A stretch of 58,324 nt of DNA, filler included, from Circinaria calcarea (taxonomy: Eukaryota): the NCBI GenBank assembly GCA_051942165.1. It is 5 parts of 5 records of this genome, joined end to end, with 100 filler letters (N's around TTAATTAATTAA, not from the genome) between each part and the next. Parts side by side here need not be neighbours in the genome. Positions count along the whole stretch, not along the records: positions 23,393 to 34,978 come from JAVECS010000665.1; positions 35,079 to 46,656 come from JAVECS010000666.1; 3 more parts are not named here. The stretch is one strand, 5' to 3'. Shown here one piece after another: positions 26,689 to 37,849 of this stretch. A program made the translations under genes and the position numbers. Within the stretch, counting starts at the first letter, position 1, and every line of letters starts with the position of its first letter. Under the pieces are notes generated by a model. That model saw nothing but the letters and a program-made list of their open reading frames with translations, was not told the DNA's origin and made no database searches.

Positions 26689-27766
26689 CATATGAATTAG
26701 TTTTAAGATCCTTAATACTATATATATTGTACATTGCCCATACTGTGTAATAGCCAGCACTATGGAAGAATCGGCCCAGTGTATCCTCTGGTCGCAAGCA
26801 TAGTAGACGTTAGTATCGGTTTCTTGCAACAGTCATAGAAGGCCCAAATAATAATTTGATTTCAAAACGAAAGCTGGGATATATATCGGAAAATACCCTC
26901 CATATTACATCTCCTCTTTCTAGAAGTATATACAGCCTTTGTTGAGTATTACGGGATTGATCGAAAGTTGCGCTAACATCTATCATCCATGCGACCATAG
27001 TGCACAAGCTCCATACTAAAAACCGCAAATGTTATGATTGGGTCGCGTGGAGAAGGAACCGGGGAAACAGTTTCAGCCATTCCCCGAGTTTTCTCCCACA
27101 TGTCAAGCACTTTACTACACACCACATATACGCAGCATACCTACAGTTTTTCGTGGCTTTTACTATAGCATTCACCTACACATATATATGACTTTATCGT
27201 GCACTGCATCTGAAGACATAATGCCCTCCCTGTAATGCTCCTCTTTTCTCTTCCAGCCTTATAACAAGTGGTGTACCTCAAATGAGCCACTAAGGTGGAA
27301 ATGGTGCACCTCAAGGCCCGGGGGTATATTATTCGAGTTTACCAGGCTTGTCAACGCCGTGACGTATTGCTTTCCCCTGAATTACCAAGGAGTGCTGATT
27401 CTATGTCTAGCGTGGCCGTGGGTGTTATACCATAGGTAGGGAGGGACTCTACCTCCATTTATTTAGAAGCTCCCGCAAAAAAGCCCCGGTCTCCTCTTTT
27501 TTATACCTAGTTCCTTTACTATACTCTTGCCCCTTACTCCTGCTTTTTATATGCCGTTTCACCCGATTATCACACGACCTTCCACCCATCTCGAGCTAGT
27601 ACCGCTGTTTTGGTCCTCCGTGCTGTTGCTGGCAGTATCCACAACTGGTTACTAGCTCTCTTACTACAGATTCCTAGCCCTGTTGACTCTTTTCCCTTTC
27701 AAATAATCTTGGAAGTCGCTGAAGTCTGAAAACATAAAGTTTCTATCTCTATAATATAAAGCATTT

Positions 27767-28621
27767 CTTCCACAGAAGACCATCGTGATGCATGCTGCCG
27801 AGTTCAATGATTTAGAAGAGAGGATCTACGCCTATTTAAACACGATGGCGGCAGCGGAATTGAACGAATATTCAAGCGAGACGGGTCAATTCCTATCACT
27901 CTGGACTGCGATATTGAGGATGCAGCAGACTTGCTGTGATGTACAGCTCCTTTTAGGAACAGATGTTGCTGAAAGTTTTAATAATCACGCTGCATTTAAA
28001 GGGGAGGAGTTCAAAGTTCCAGTTTTACCGAGGGAGCTTACTAATACACTATCCTCACCCAAAGCTAAAATACCTGGACCCAAAATTCGAGTGCTTGTAA
28101 GTCTTTTAGGAACAGTTCGGTCCAAGGAGCCAGACGCGAGATTTTTGGTGTTTAGTGAATGGACGGGTCTGCTGAGACTTTGCAAGCACCATTTGCAAAA
28201 GGACTACAAGTTATTTCTTTATGAGGGCTCATTGGACACAGGGGAGCGGCAGGAGGCGGTGCAGGCATTCCAAAATGGAAAATACGATGGAATGCTATTA
28301 ACTCTCGGGGCTGGGGGTCAGGGATTGACGCTGACATGTGCTCAGCACGTGTTTATTCTAACACCGTCTTGGAACCCAGGGAAAGAAGCGCAGGCAGAAG
28401 ACCTGACGAATAGGATCGGACAGACGAAACCCGTCGTTGTTCATCGGATTATCCTAAGGGAGCGACGGACATTAATCGAGGGAACGCAGCTGAAATTGAC
28501 CACCGTGGAGGATTATATACTCGCCAAGCAGCAAATGAAGAGATCGTGGGCGGCGGGAGCTGCGGGCACTGCACCATGTGTAGTATTTCTGCATCTGTGG
28601 CAAAGAAGACAGATATGCTAA
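27767..28621 (+). CDS. SNF2-family (Rad5/Rad16-like) helicase C-terminal lobe, 5'-truncated; possibly spliced to the downstream PARG
   Basis: LPQK..., ILRMQQTCC, KIRVLVSLL, FLVFSEWT, GAGGQGLTLTCAQHVFILTPSWNP, QAEDLTNRIGQ, TVEDYIL; in-frame TAA at 27752 upstream and no Walker A/B lobe. Confidence 0.8.
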   Translation, partial: LPQKTIVMHAAEFNDLEERIYAYLNTMAAAELNEYSSETGQFLSLWTAILRMQQTCCDVQLLLGTDVAESFNNHAAFKGEEFKVPVLPRELTNTLSSPKAKIPGPKIRVLVSLLGTVRSKEPDARFLVFSEWTGLLRLCKHHLQKDYKLFLYEGSLDTGERQEAVQAFQNGKYDGMLLTLGAGGQGLTLTCAQHVFILTPSWNPGKEAQAEDLTNRIGQTKPVVVHRIILRERRTLIEGTQLKLTTVEDYILAKQQMKRSWAAGAAGTAPCVVFLHLWQRRQIC

Positions 28622-28636
28622 TATATTATTATCCAG

Positions 28637-29565
28637 CCACTAATCCCTATCATGCCTTCTACCCAGGAATCCATGCCCCAACCGCCCTCGGTTTACGTGC
28701 CGGAGAGACCCTTTCTGGGTTAAGCCATCTGCTGACCTTAAGGAATGAATCATCAATCCAAGAACTTGCTCAGCATTTTACCCTTGGTGCATTGCCTCCC
28801 CTGGATCATACAAGATGTCCCAATTATACAGAAGATGCGCTTGGCCTAGGTCGGAGAGGTACCCTAGTTAAAGTGGTTAAACAAGACACTCTAGATGCCG
28901 CACAGTCTTTATTACGCAAATGGGATAGCTCTCCGCGCGGTCGTTTACCCCCTCGAGGTGATAATGTACTTGTACTCAATATGGCTAACGGTAAGTCACC
29001 TGGTGGTGCGTGGGAACAGGGAAGGATGGCTCAAGAAGAAGAGCTATGCTACCGCTCCTCTCTAAGCCTCACCTTTGATGAAGATTACTACGCATCTCGG
29101 GGCCTCCCCAGCGATGGTGGAGACTACGCGCCTTCGGTTGTTATCATTCGAGAGGCAGCTGCAAGAGGCCACAGCTACTATGATTTCACGAAACCCTTAG
29201 ACAGTGTTGCAGTCGTTTCCGTGGCCGCTGAACGAGATCCCCGCTTGTCTCAACCGTCATCATTGTCATGCCCACGCTATGCTGATTCTATGGCTCGTGA
29301 ATCCATGAAAGCCAAGTGGCGCTCTATTTTGCAGCTGAGTGCTCTGAAGGGACACCGTCGCTTGGTGCTCGGCATGCTGGGCTGCGGTGTTTTCAAAAAT
29401 CCCCCACAAGATGTCGTCGATTGTTTCAAGGAGGTTATGCGTGAGAACCAATTCCGTGGTGGTTGGTGGGAGGAGATTGTTTTTGCTGTATTGGAGAAAC
29501 AAGCATTTGATCGAGGGAACTTCGATATCGCCTACAGGGAGCTACATGGGAGATACTTTGGGTAG
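28637..29565 (+). CDS. Microbial-type poly(ADP-ribose) glycohydrolase macrodomain (TIGR02452/DUF2263-like)
   Basis: DTLDAA, VLNMANGKSPGGAWEQGRMAQEEELCYRSSL, VAVVSVAA, LVLGMLGCGVFKNPP, IVFAVL. Confidence 0.88.
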
Positions 29566-30310
29566 TCAAATATGTGCCCTCCTAACTCCCGAATCCTTCT
29601 ATGCTTGCGCCGAAACTAAATTAAAACCCAACCTTTTTGATCTAGCGACTTCCGTCTCCACCACACAAGCAGTAATAACATACAGACGGAGTGGAAGGTC
29701 CTGAACTACGCTGTAGATGTTTTAGAGCTTGGAGGCTCTAATACTCGTCGCTGTCCCCAGAAAACCCCTCATCTTCGTCCATGTAAAGGCCCGCAGCCTC
29801 ATCGTCGTCCAAATCCATTCTCTTCTCCTTCTCAGATGGCCCGGCACTTTCTAGAATAGCTCTAAAGTCAGTTAAAGTCAGTCCGATGGACCTCTTGGTC
29901 TGGTTTCCCATCGACGCGTAATGAGGAGAGATTCAGTCGTGGAAGCTAACCCGAATGTCTTAAGCCTTAGTATCGTAAAGGCAGGCAGTTATTTTTTGGT
30001 CATAAAACCCGATGAAATTATAGGGGAATACAATGTGTGTGAGATATTAATAAAATCTGCATCGAAAATTAGGCAGGTGATTAATCCTAGCTAATATATT
30101 TATAGAGAATATTTAATCCCAGGTCAGCCCTACAAGATACTTTTTTTTGGGTTATCCCCTGGTCAGCCTTATTAAATTTTTGTTTTTTTGGTCGGTCGAC
30201 TTCAAAGTAGCTTTCTGCTAATTGATGCTAGGTTGTGGATTTAAGCCAGCATAGTAGCCGGCCGCTTGGACTTCACGATATTTAGTTTAGGATCTCGGTG
30301 CCGGGCTGCT

Positions 30311-30554
30311 GTAAGAGTATAAAGCATAAGTCATTGGCCACCCCCCCCATTTTTTCTAAGTCCGCTCACCGCAGGGTATATTGATAAAATCGGTAAATTA
30401 CAGCCCCACCCACCGCTATCAAAATTAATAAACAGGGTATCCCGGCTAGCTTGGCGAGGTGGGCTGTAATTTACTGAAATTATCAATTTACCCTGCGGTG
30501 AGCGGACTTAGAAAAAAGGGGGGGTGGCCAATGACTTATGCTCTATACTCTTAC
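30311..30554. mobile_element. MITE / foldback element with ~90-100 bp terminal inverted repeats
   Basis: GTAAGAGTATAAAGCATAAGTCATTGGCCACCCC...CTAAGTCCGCTCACCGCAGGGTA is mirrored by TACCCTGCGGTGAGCGGACTTAG...GGGGTGGCCAATGACTTATGCTCTATACTCTTAC; short spacer, no ORF. Confidence 0.85.
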
Positions 30555-30702
30555 CTTACGATATCAGGCTTAGGGTATCGGTCCTCAAAATATAGCGAAA
30601 CGCCCTAACTCACCAGTGACACGACATGCAAAGAGAACAGCAAGTAGTTAACTTCGAACCTCATTGACAATTCGATTATTATTAGTCCATGTCTTACTTA
30701 CG

Positions 30703-31565
30703 ATGACCTCTGCTTCCCTACCTCCAGAACCCGGAGGTTTCCTCCACCCTACACTACTACCCTCTCCACCTCTGTCCGCAATAGCATCACCCTCAATTGC
30801 AACACATATCCTGCCCCAGACGCGATCCCATCCCCTCAAACCTGGCAGCTCCAAAGAAAGTAGTTTCATTGATTATGTCGATCGAAAGTTACTAGGCATC
30901 TCTCGCCGGTACGAAAAGAGATCTCAACAGGACGTGGATGGTGATGACCAAATGGTAGAGGGAAAAGGGTACAGGGGTTTTGGAGAGGTCGCAAAGGATT
31001 TGGAGAAGGTCGTGGACATTGTATGGGTGTCTGGAACACGTACGGAGCTTCGTCGTTGTGAAAATCTTGTTGCTAATTAGCCCTTGTAGCATCGTTACAG
31101 ACACCTTATTTGCTCACCATTGCGCTTACTGTGAGCACCTATCTACGGTCTTTTCCATTCTCTCCACGGCCTACGTTCTCGTTGCTTCGAAAACTGGATC
31201 TGGTATTCTCCTCCTTGTTACAAGGCCGGAACCTGGAGACCGGAGATGTATTATCTGGGTTTGAGGGTGGCAGAGGCAAAGTAAGCACAACAGAGAAAGT
31301 CAGGATGAGGGGCCTAGTGTCAAGGACTAGAGTTGTTGTGGTTGAGATGGCTGGGAAGGGTACAACTGAGCTCGGCATTTCTAGTGCAACGGGTACCGAA
31401 ACAGATACTGAGGGAGGCATAACGACCGATAATGACACCATAATGAATGACGATGAAGATAATGATGACGAGAATTGGGAAATGGAAGTTGCACGGGTGT
31501 ACGAAAGGACGATTGTGGATCTGGGAGATGCACTGGATGCTCCTGGAAACAGCGGCTTTGGATGA
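30703..31565 (+). CDS. TFB6: TFIIH subunit Tfb6-like protein (2 exons, intron ~31040-31089)
   Basis: HPLKPGSSKESSFIDYVDRKLL, KDLEKVVDIVWVSGT/ and YLLTIAL, STTEKVRMRGLV, WEMEVARVYERTI. Confidence 0.75.
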
Positions 31566-32033
31566 CCGTTATTTAGGTGGAACAGCTGACATTTTCAAGA
31601 GCTGTAATCTTGCAAGAGTGGCTACTGGAAATATAACTGTTGAGCACGTGGTGAACTGCCCGAAAGCACTCCGTGACGGGCGTTCCATGACACGCATTTT
31701 GGATCCTATCAATTGCGGACGGAAGCCAAAACTACGGGTTCAACATTGCCATTGACCGAGCATTGCCATACCACACGGTTGTATAAATTTCTTAAGTAAT
31801 TCTTTGAATATTGTATCAATCGTGATGCTAGATTGACATCTCCTAAACTCTTCGCCTCCATAATTTCCCTACATGCCCTACTCTCGCTTCGGACAACCGT
31901 CTTTGACGTGATACCTTGAAAATTTTTTGCACATCCAAACACCCTAAATGATTGAAAGCACTCTTACCCATACATCATCTTCACGAAGGCCGGAAAGAGC
32001 AGTACCTTCGATCCAAGCCCATCACTGTCAATC

Positions 32034-34940
32034 ATGCCTACCTTCTACGCGAGATCTACCACAATTCGACTTTCCACTGCCGATCATGCGCTCACAACGA
32101 CGGCAAAGCCTGTGGGGCATTCTAGTAAAGAAGCAGCCGATCATCTTCAGAATATCATCGCGGAGTTTGCCAAAGGCGCCGAAGGAGGAGGGATGTCGGA
32201 AACTTCGATAGATGCCAAAGAATCTAGTAGTCATATACGGTTTCTTGGAAAACGCAAGGACATGCCATTCTTCATGATACGGACCGGGAAAGACTCTTTG
32301 AGCAGTAATAATCCGACGGGCAAGCGCGAAGCGCCAGCCGTGCCTGCTCCAGGAGCTAGTGTTCGCAGGAGACGTTCTTTGATGATTACAAGATCTGTCT
32401 CTGGCTCAACTCCATTGAACAACGCGACTGAAGTTGCTCCCGAGGATGAGATTAGCCTGGCTGTCCACTCAAATCCTGGCCTCGAAACAAATAATGTGGT
32501 TGACGATGGAACTCGAGATGAACACGCCTCCAGAAGTAGCGGTTTCCGGGACAGAAGACTGGAGACACTGGAAGTTGTCACTCGAGACACTCCAATGAAT
32601 GACGATGTACTTCGCGCAGTAAGCGATGATCCGCTCAACGTGAACGGCCCGGTGAATCAACATGCTGGAAAGCCTCGATCATTGTGCCTTACCGTTGCAC
32701 TCTCCAAATCTTCATTCATTACACCACTCCACACTCCTCCTGGAAAGCCCACGACTCTGGATGTCAAAATCGACGTTTACTTCAACGGTACATTATGTGC
32801 TTCCAACTATATCCCCGAGCGGTTAAAGAAGTGTGGGAAAGACTCCATTGAGTTGACACAGCGATTCACCGGCCGTCGCATTGCCCATTGCTTGGAGCGG
32901 CCATGGATAATTGCTCCTCCTGAGCAGCGTATTGATGGAGCGCGGAAGGATCCCACACCAAGTGACGGGGTAAACATGGATGGGACACAGAGGTGGAATA
33001 CCATCGCTCAGGTTCTTCGTGATGAAGCTGAGAAAAATGGTAGAGATAAGCATGGGGATTTGTCTATGCTTGGTGAATACTTGGAGGGCCTATCGCAACT
33101 TGAAATGCCTGCGGAGCTCAGAGGCATACCAAAAAAATATGGTGAACCTAAGTTCGGTTTGATCGACGTTGTCCTTACTGCAGGTAAGGGTTTGAAAGAC
33201 CCTGCGGAGGCTGGAAACCTATCTAAGCCGACGAGCATGCGTGTAATAGATTTCAAAACTCCTATGAAGGAGACCGTTGTAAAAGTACAAGAGGTTCCCA
33301 AGGCGCAAAAGCCTACTCCCGCTGTGAAACCGAAACCCAAGACTTTTGCAGATGCTCACATCATTGCCCAAGGGCTTACGTTTCATGCTCCAAGAACGGC
33401 TACTCGGACGACCCCATCAAACAGTCAAATGACCATGAACACAGCGAAGATCAACAACGCGTTATTGCCATCAACATCCCTGAACGCAGGCACGGCGGAC
33501 ATCACGTGCCTCAAAGGTACTATCGAACCATCAGCAGGACAAAATGACGTTTTTCGAACTCCGGATACTCCATCAGCTGCACCGTCGGCTATACGTAGAC
33601 GACAGTCTAGAGCTCTTGCCCAAACTGACAATTTTTCCATGACCAGGACAAGTAACTATGTAGCACAACAGTCGATGGGAAGTCTCAGGTCTAGGGCTAG
33701 ATTTCCGCAACGTCCAATAGCAAAAGACCCTGTCAACAAGATCTTGCCACCGAATTCTCTGCTCAGTCAACCAGTACTCAGAAACCGTGACGCTCGTTTG
33801 GCTCCGTCTACGGCTGAGCCAAGGGCGGAGAGAAGTCGGAGAAGTACATCCTCAACAGACCCTTCATACAACCTCGAGCCTCCGCCGAAGCAGCTCTCAT
33901 TGCCCGGCCGTCATGGTCTAAATAGTAATACTAAATCACGCTTACGATCGGAGACAGGGTCTTTTACAGAAGCATCAGATTCTTCCTTGTCAAAGCCACA
34001 GAGCACTACCCAGGGTGCTCCGCAAAAGCGTCACAGGGGGGCTGCATCAAGTCCCGACGAGCAGCCCAAGGCCAAGAGGTCACGGATGAACTATCATGTG
34101 GTTCTTGATGATAAAATGACGTTGGCAGAGGAGATGGCCTCTATTGAAGCATCTAGTAAAGAAGAAATGGAAGCGAACAATCTTGGTGACAGGAAACACT
34201 CTCTACCGATCCTTACTCGGCAGCAACTTGCCAGGGAGGAATCTACAACTCCAACGCCTGCTCATCAAAAGTCTGGCTCCAGGCAATCCGACGAATCTGG
34301 GAACATTACAATTCAAGGGACTCCTTGTCCGACCTCCAAGCCCGCACAAGGAAAACTTACCCGAGTATCTGGCGGGAACAAGCCGACAACGAGCAAGCCC
34401 GTCACTCAGGAGCAGCAAAGTAAGGTAGTAATATTAAGCCTCAGGCACCAAGTCTTAGAGGGAGGAGACACGCGTTCTCCTATCCTTCATTCAGACCCAC
34501 CGACTGCCGCAGCCAAGACTCTTATCCAATCAACCACAAGAAAATCTACCCTCAACAGAGAAGTGGTTACTCCCACCAAATCCGTCAACATTTCCTTCCG
34601 AGCTTCATCCTCTCCCCCCGCCACACGTGATCCTACTCTTTCCACCCCGATGCTACATCACCCCCCGCAAGCCATGCAGTCAGCTAAATCTGGGAGTTTA
34701 GCCACGCCCACATCTTCCTCCAAGCCTCCCCAGCCCCACTCGAGTACGAGTGCTACTGCCGCTCGTTCTCGCCGCTGTCGCCGCGATTCTACAGATATCC
34801 CCATCTGGCCCACCCCCGCTCTAAGTGAGGACTGCGTCATCAGCTTTGCACCAGATAGTGTACGACAGGTTCGGTTGGAGCGACCGGGCTGGTTTCGCGA
34901 GAGTAGCATTCTCATGGGAGTGAGGTTTGTGATTGGGTAG
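32034..34940 (+). CDS. 968-aa fungal hypothetical protein, largely low-complexity or disordered
   Basis: Long uninterrupted ORF; ordered-looking blocks DVKIDVYFNG...FTGRRI...ERPWII and C-terminal LSEDCVISFA...VRQVRLERPGWFRESSILMGVRFVIG. Confidence 0.8.
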   Translation: MPTFYARSTTIRLSTADHALTTTAKPVGHSSKEAADHLQNIIAEFAKGAEGGGMSETSIDAKESSSHIRFLGKRKDMPFFMIRTGKDSLSSNNPTGKREAPAVPAPGASVRRRRSLMITRSVSGSTPLNNATEVAPEDEISLAVHSNPGLETNNVVDDGTRDEHASRSSGFRDRRLETLEVVTRDTPMNDDVLRAVSDDPLNVNGPVNQHAGKPRSLCLTVALSKSSFITPLHTPPGKPTTLDVKIDVYFNGTLCASNYIPERLKKCGKDSIELTQRFTGRRIAHCLERPWIIAPPEQRIDGARKDPTPSDGVNMDGTQRWNTIAQVLRDEAEKNGRDKHGDLSMLGEYLEGLSQLEMPAELRGIPKKYGEPKFGLIDVVLTAGKGLKDPAEAGNLSKPTSMRVIDFKTPMKETVVKVQEVPKAQKPTPAVKPKPKTFADAHIIAQGLTFHAPRTATRTTPSNSQMTMNTAKINNALLPSTSLNAGTADITCLKGTIEPSAGQNDVFRTPDTPSAAPSAIRRRQSRALAQTDNFSMTRTSNYVAQQSMGSLRSRARFPQRPIAKDPVNKILPPNSLLSQPVLRNRDARLAPSTAEPRAERSRRSTSSTDPSYNLEPPPKQLSLPGRHGLNSNTKSRLRSETGSFTEASDSSLSKPQSTTQGAPQKRHRGAASSPDEQPKAKRSRMNYHVVLDDKMTLAEEMASIEASSKEEMEANNLGDRKHSLPILTRQQLAREESTTPTPAHQKSGSRQSDESGNITIQGTPCPTSKPAQGKLTRVSGGNKPTTSKPVTQEQQSKVVILSLRHQVLEGGDTRSPILHSDPPTAAAKTLIQSTTRKSTLNREVVTPTKSVNISFRASSSPPATRDPTLSTPMLHHPPQAMQSAKSGSLATPTSSSKPPQPHSSTSATAARSRRCRRDSTDIPIWPTPALSEDCVISFAPDSVRQVRLERPGWFRESSILMGVRFVIG

Positions 34941-34978
34941 GGGGGTATTGATCCAGTGGGTGGGTAGGAAGGTTGAAG

Positions 34979-35078
34979 NNNNNNNNNNNNNNNNNNNNNN
35001 NNNNNNNNNNNNNNNNNNNNNNTTAATTAATTAANNNNNNNNNNNNNNNNNNNNNNNNNNNNNNNNNNNNNNNNNNNN
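34979..35078. other. Artificial contig linker
   Basis: N44-TTAATTAATTAA-N44. Confidence 0.98.
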
Positions 35079-35491
35079 GGGAAGGAGAGGGAAATTTAAG
35101 CAATTGATTTGCACTCGATTCCTCTCGCATCCGGAAGACCGTTTGAGCGGCAAGTTGAACAACACACACAGAGAGAGGGCCATGTCAGAAAGCGCATCTG
35201 AAAAGAAGAGGATATAATCAACAGGTATTGAAACCTTTGTACAGGTAGTTCTGCAGGTATACGAAAGAATCAAAATTAAATCAAGGCTCATGATACCTCA
35301 ACCCACCCCACCTGGGAAATGTCGCGATCCTTGCCTTTAATCTAAAAGCCACCTGTGATTCCCAAGTGACATGCGATATTTTCGTACTTGTACAGTGGTA
35401 ATACAGAGGCCTGAGAACCGGGAAAATGGTACGAGCTAAGGTGTTTATCCTTCTTCAGAAACATCAAGGAGGAAGATGGCTTTTGGGCCCT

Positions 35492-35555
35492 GTGCCTGTC
35501 ATGTCGAGTGCCTATTATATCGAGTGCCTGTTATGTTGAATGCCTGTCATATCGA
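35492..35555. repeat. 16-bp tandem repeat x4 (GTGCCTGTCATRTCGA consensus)
   Basis: gtgcctgtcatgtcga / gtgcctattatatcga / gtgcctgttatgttga / atgcctgtcatatcga. Confidence 0.85.
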
Positions 35556-37281
35556 ATGTCCGCCGGGTCCTTGACTGGCATCTGCCCCCTGTTAGTTCGA
35601 TTAATGGCAGCTTTTTGCAGGTTGAAACTTACAATCTATGCTCACAAACGCACGGTCCACTTCAGTTAGACCTGCACACATGATCAGCAACCTAAGGGGA
35701 AAACGAAATCAACCGAACTCTACCCTTACCTTCACAACAATACTGCAATGTTTCGGCAATGTCGTGTGCTTCGCCCAGCGGAGTCTTTTCATCAAACAAG
35801 ACGTCGATCTCCGTCCAAACACCGTCACCGGCATGATACGCGGTGAGGTTCTTGAAGCCATTGACAACAGGAGAGAACCGCCACGCAAGGTAGATGAGCT
35901 TCTTCTCCAGCGACTCATCTACCGCTGCGCCACTTAGTCGCGTGACGTTCTCGAAGCCTGTCTGTGCCCAGTCGCAAATGATGAAGAGCGACAGGAACCC
36001 GGCGCCGGCCGGATCGAACCACCAGACATTGGCGTAGAAGCCGATCAAAGGGAACAGGAGGGAGGCGGTATTGAAGACGACATCGGTTTTGCAGTCTTGA
36101 AATAGGATTAGTGGTTGATATCGCTGGGGTTGTGGAAGATTTACCTTGGACTAACGCCTGTACTTGAGTTGTTTTGATTTTAAAGCAGCCAAGGCCAATC
36201 AACCCCTTCACTACGACCGTCCCAAGCAAAGCTGCGACAGCAGCAGCAGGAAGTTCTTCCGCTTTCCTCGGGCCCCCAGGCAGTAGCTTTTCAACAGATT
36301 CTTTCAAAATTTGGAGAAATGAGATGACCATGATCTAGGGAGCCTACATTAGCAAAATTCAAACGCGATCGGTCGTAGGAAATACTTGCAATTGAAAAGA
36401 CAAGGATTCCAAGCGGCTCCAGTCGTCGACGGCCGACCGGAAACCTTCGTCGGAGACTATTAAGCCTCCATTGTACCAACTTATTCGTAGTCCATACTAT
36501 TAGGGTGCACAAAAGATCCAGTGCCGAATCAAGAAGCGAGGCGATGAGGGAAAGTGAAGAAGATTGCGTTGTGGCGATGGCCTTGGCAGCTAAGAGAATG
36601 ACATTTGCTATGACATTGATCCATACGCGAATGAGTGCCACCATCTCTCGACGGGGAAATCCGATATCTGCTTACTATGATAGCCCATCTAGCAGCGCGC
36701 TCAGCTCTGCTCCGTTTATCTCGTTCCTCTTCAGGCAATAGGTGTCCAATACTTTCCCCAACTCGGCGCAGGGCGGTGTCTTTATCTGGACGACTCGAGT
36801 TAGATGTCGCAGTCTCCGACTAGCAAAAATATTTCGATGCTCACCAATTATTCCGTCATGATCTCTATCTGGATTCATGCTGTCGAGGATGTCATCTGCC
36901 ATTGACATTACGAGGGTATCAACCTCCAACCAGTCATTAAGTCGCCCATTCTGCTCCTCGTAAAAGTGTCGGACTTTCTTGTCTTTGATATCTTTAAGCT
37001 AGGGTTCAGACGTTAGTTTAAATTATGCACCGATAAAACACATCAAGTCAACGAACCTCTTTCTCGCTTTTACGGAACTTCTCAAGTCCATCTCGATCGA
37101 TGCCTTCCTTCAATCGCTTTTTGAGGTCGGACCTCTTTTTACTCTCGGTCGCAAGATCCACGGCGTCTTTGAAGCGAGCGATGCGAGGTTTCTGGTGCAA
37201 GCCGTTCTCAAGATCTTTGTCAACATTGTCACGGCCGGACTGCCTCTGAGAGTGAAAGCTCCTGTCTCTTTTCCCAACCAT
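35547..37281 (-). CDS. Cation diffusion facilitator (MTP8/MTP11-like, Mn-type) transporter, multi-exon
   Basis: FYEEQNGRLNDWLEVD, SLIASLLDSALDLL, RRRLEPLGILVFS, Q/DCKTDV, WWFDPAGA, AYHAGDGVWTEIDV, EVDRAFV; several GT-AG introns. Confidence 0.9.
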
Positions 37282-37849
37282 GTTTTATTAGATTATTAAA
37301 TTTGTAGAATGCGATGAGGCTCGTGATAGAGGGCTCCGAGTAGAAAATCCGAAATCTTAGAAAGGGCATTCCTGGAATGGCGGAAGACTGCATCATCGAT
37401 CTTGAACGCGTTTAGGCGCGCTTTCAGAAACAAGGTTCTACTCCACCTTTTCGGTGAATTCATACGCCGGTGCAGATCTGCACATTAGCTCAGGGAAAGT
37501 TGGATTTGATTGGCTCACAAGCGGGTGAATTTCGATCGGCGATATGAGGATCTGCGGCCACGTGGGATCTTGATTGACTAGCGCAAGCCATGCATAGGAC
37601 CGTAAAACTAGCCTACGAGTAGGTCTGGTATCTGTCCTACCTGCAAATGCCAGAGTATCATAAGCTTTATCGATGATTAAATTCATTGAAAATTGAACCT
37701 GTTGTGTACCAAGTCATTTCACGTCTAGGTTCTATTCTTTTAGGTTACTTTAATCATGGAGTAGAGATTCAATATTCTGGTCCGAAGACCTTATTGTATT
37801 GGTGATGGACTATATATCTACCATCGGTTATCGGTTCTTTGCGGCATTC

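Noticed and set aside
29738..29861. Possible orphan terminal exon on the minus strand (AILESAGPSEKEKRMDLDDDEAAGLYMDEDEGFSGDSDEY*)
   Set aside because: An acceptor-like signal is present but no upstream exons or homology can be supported
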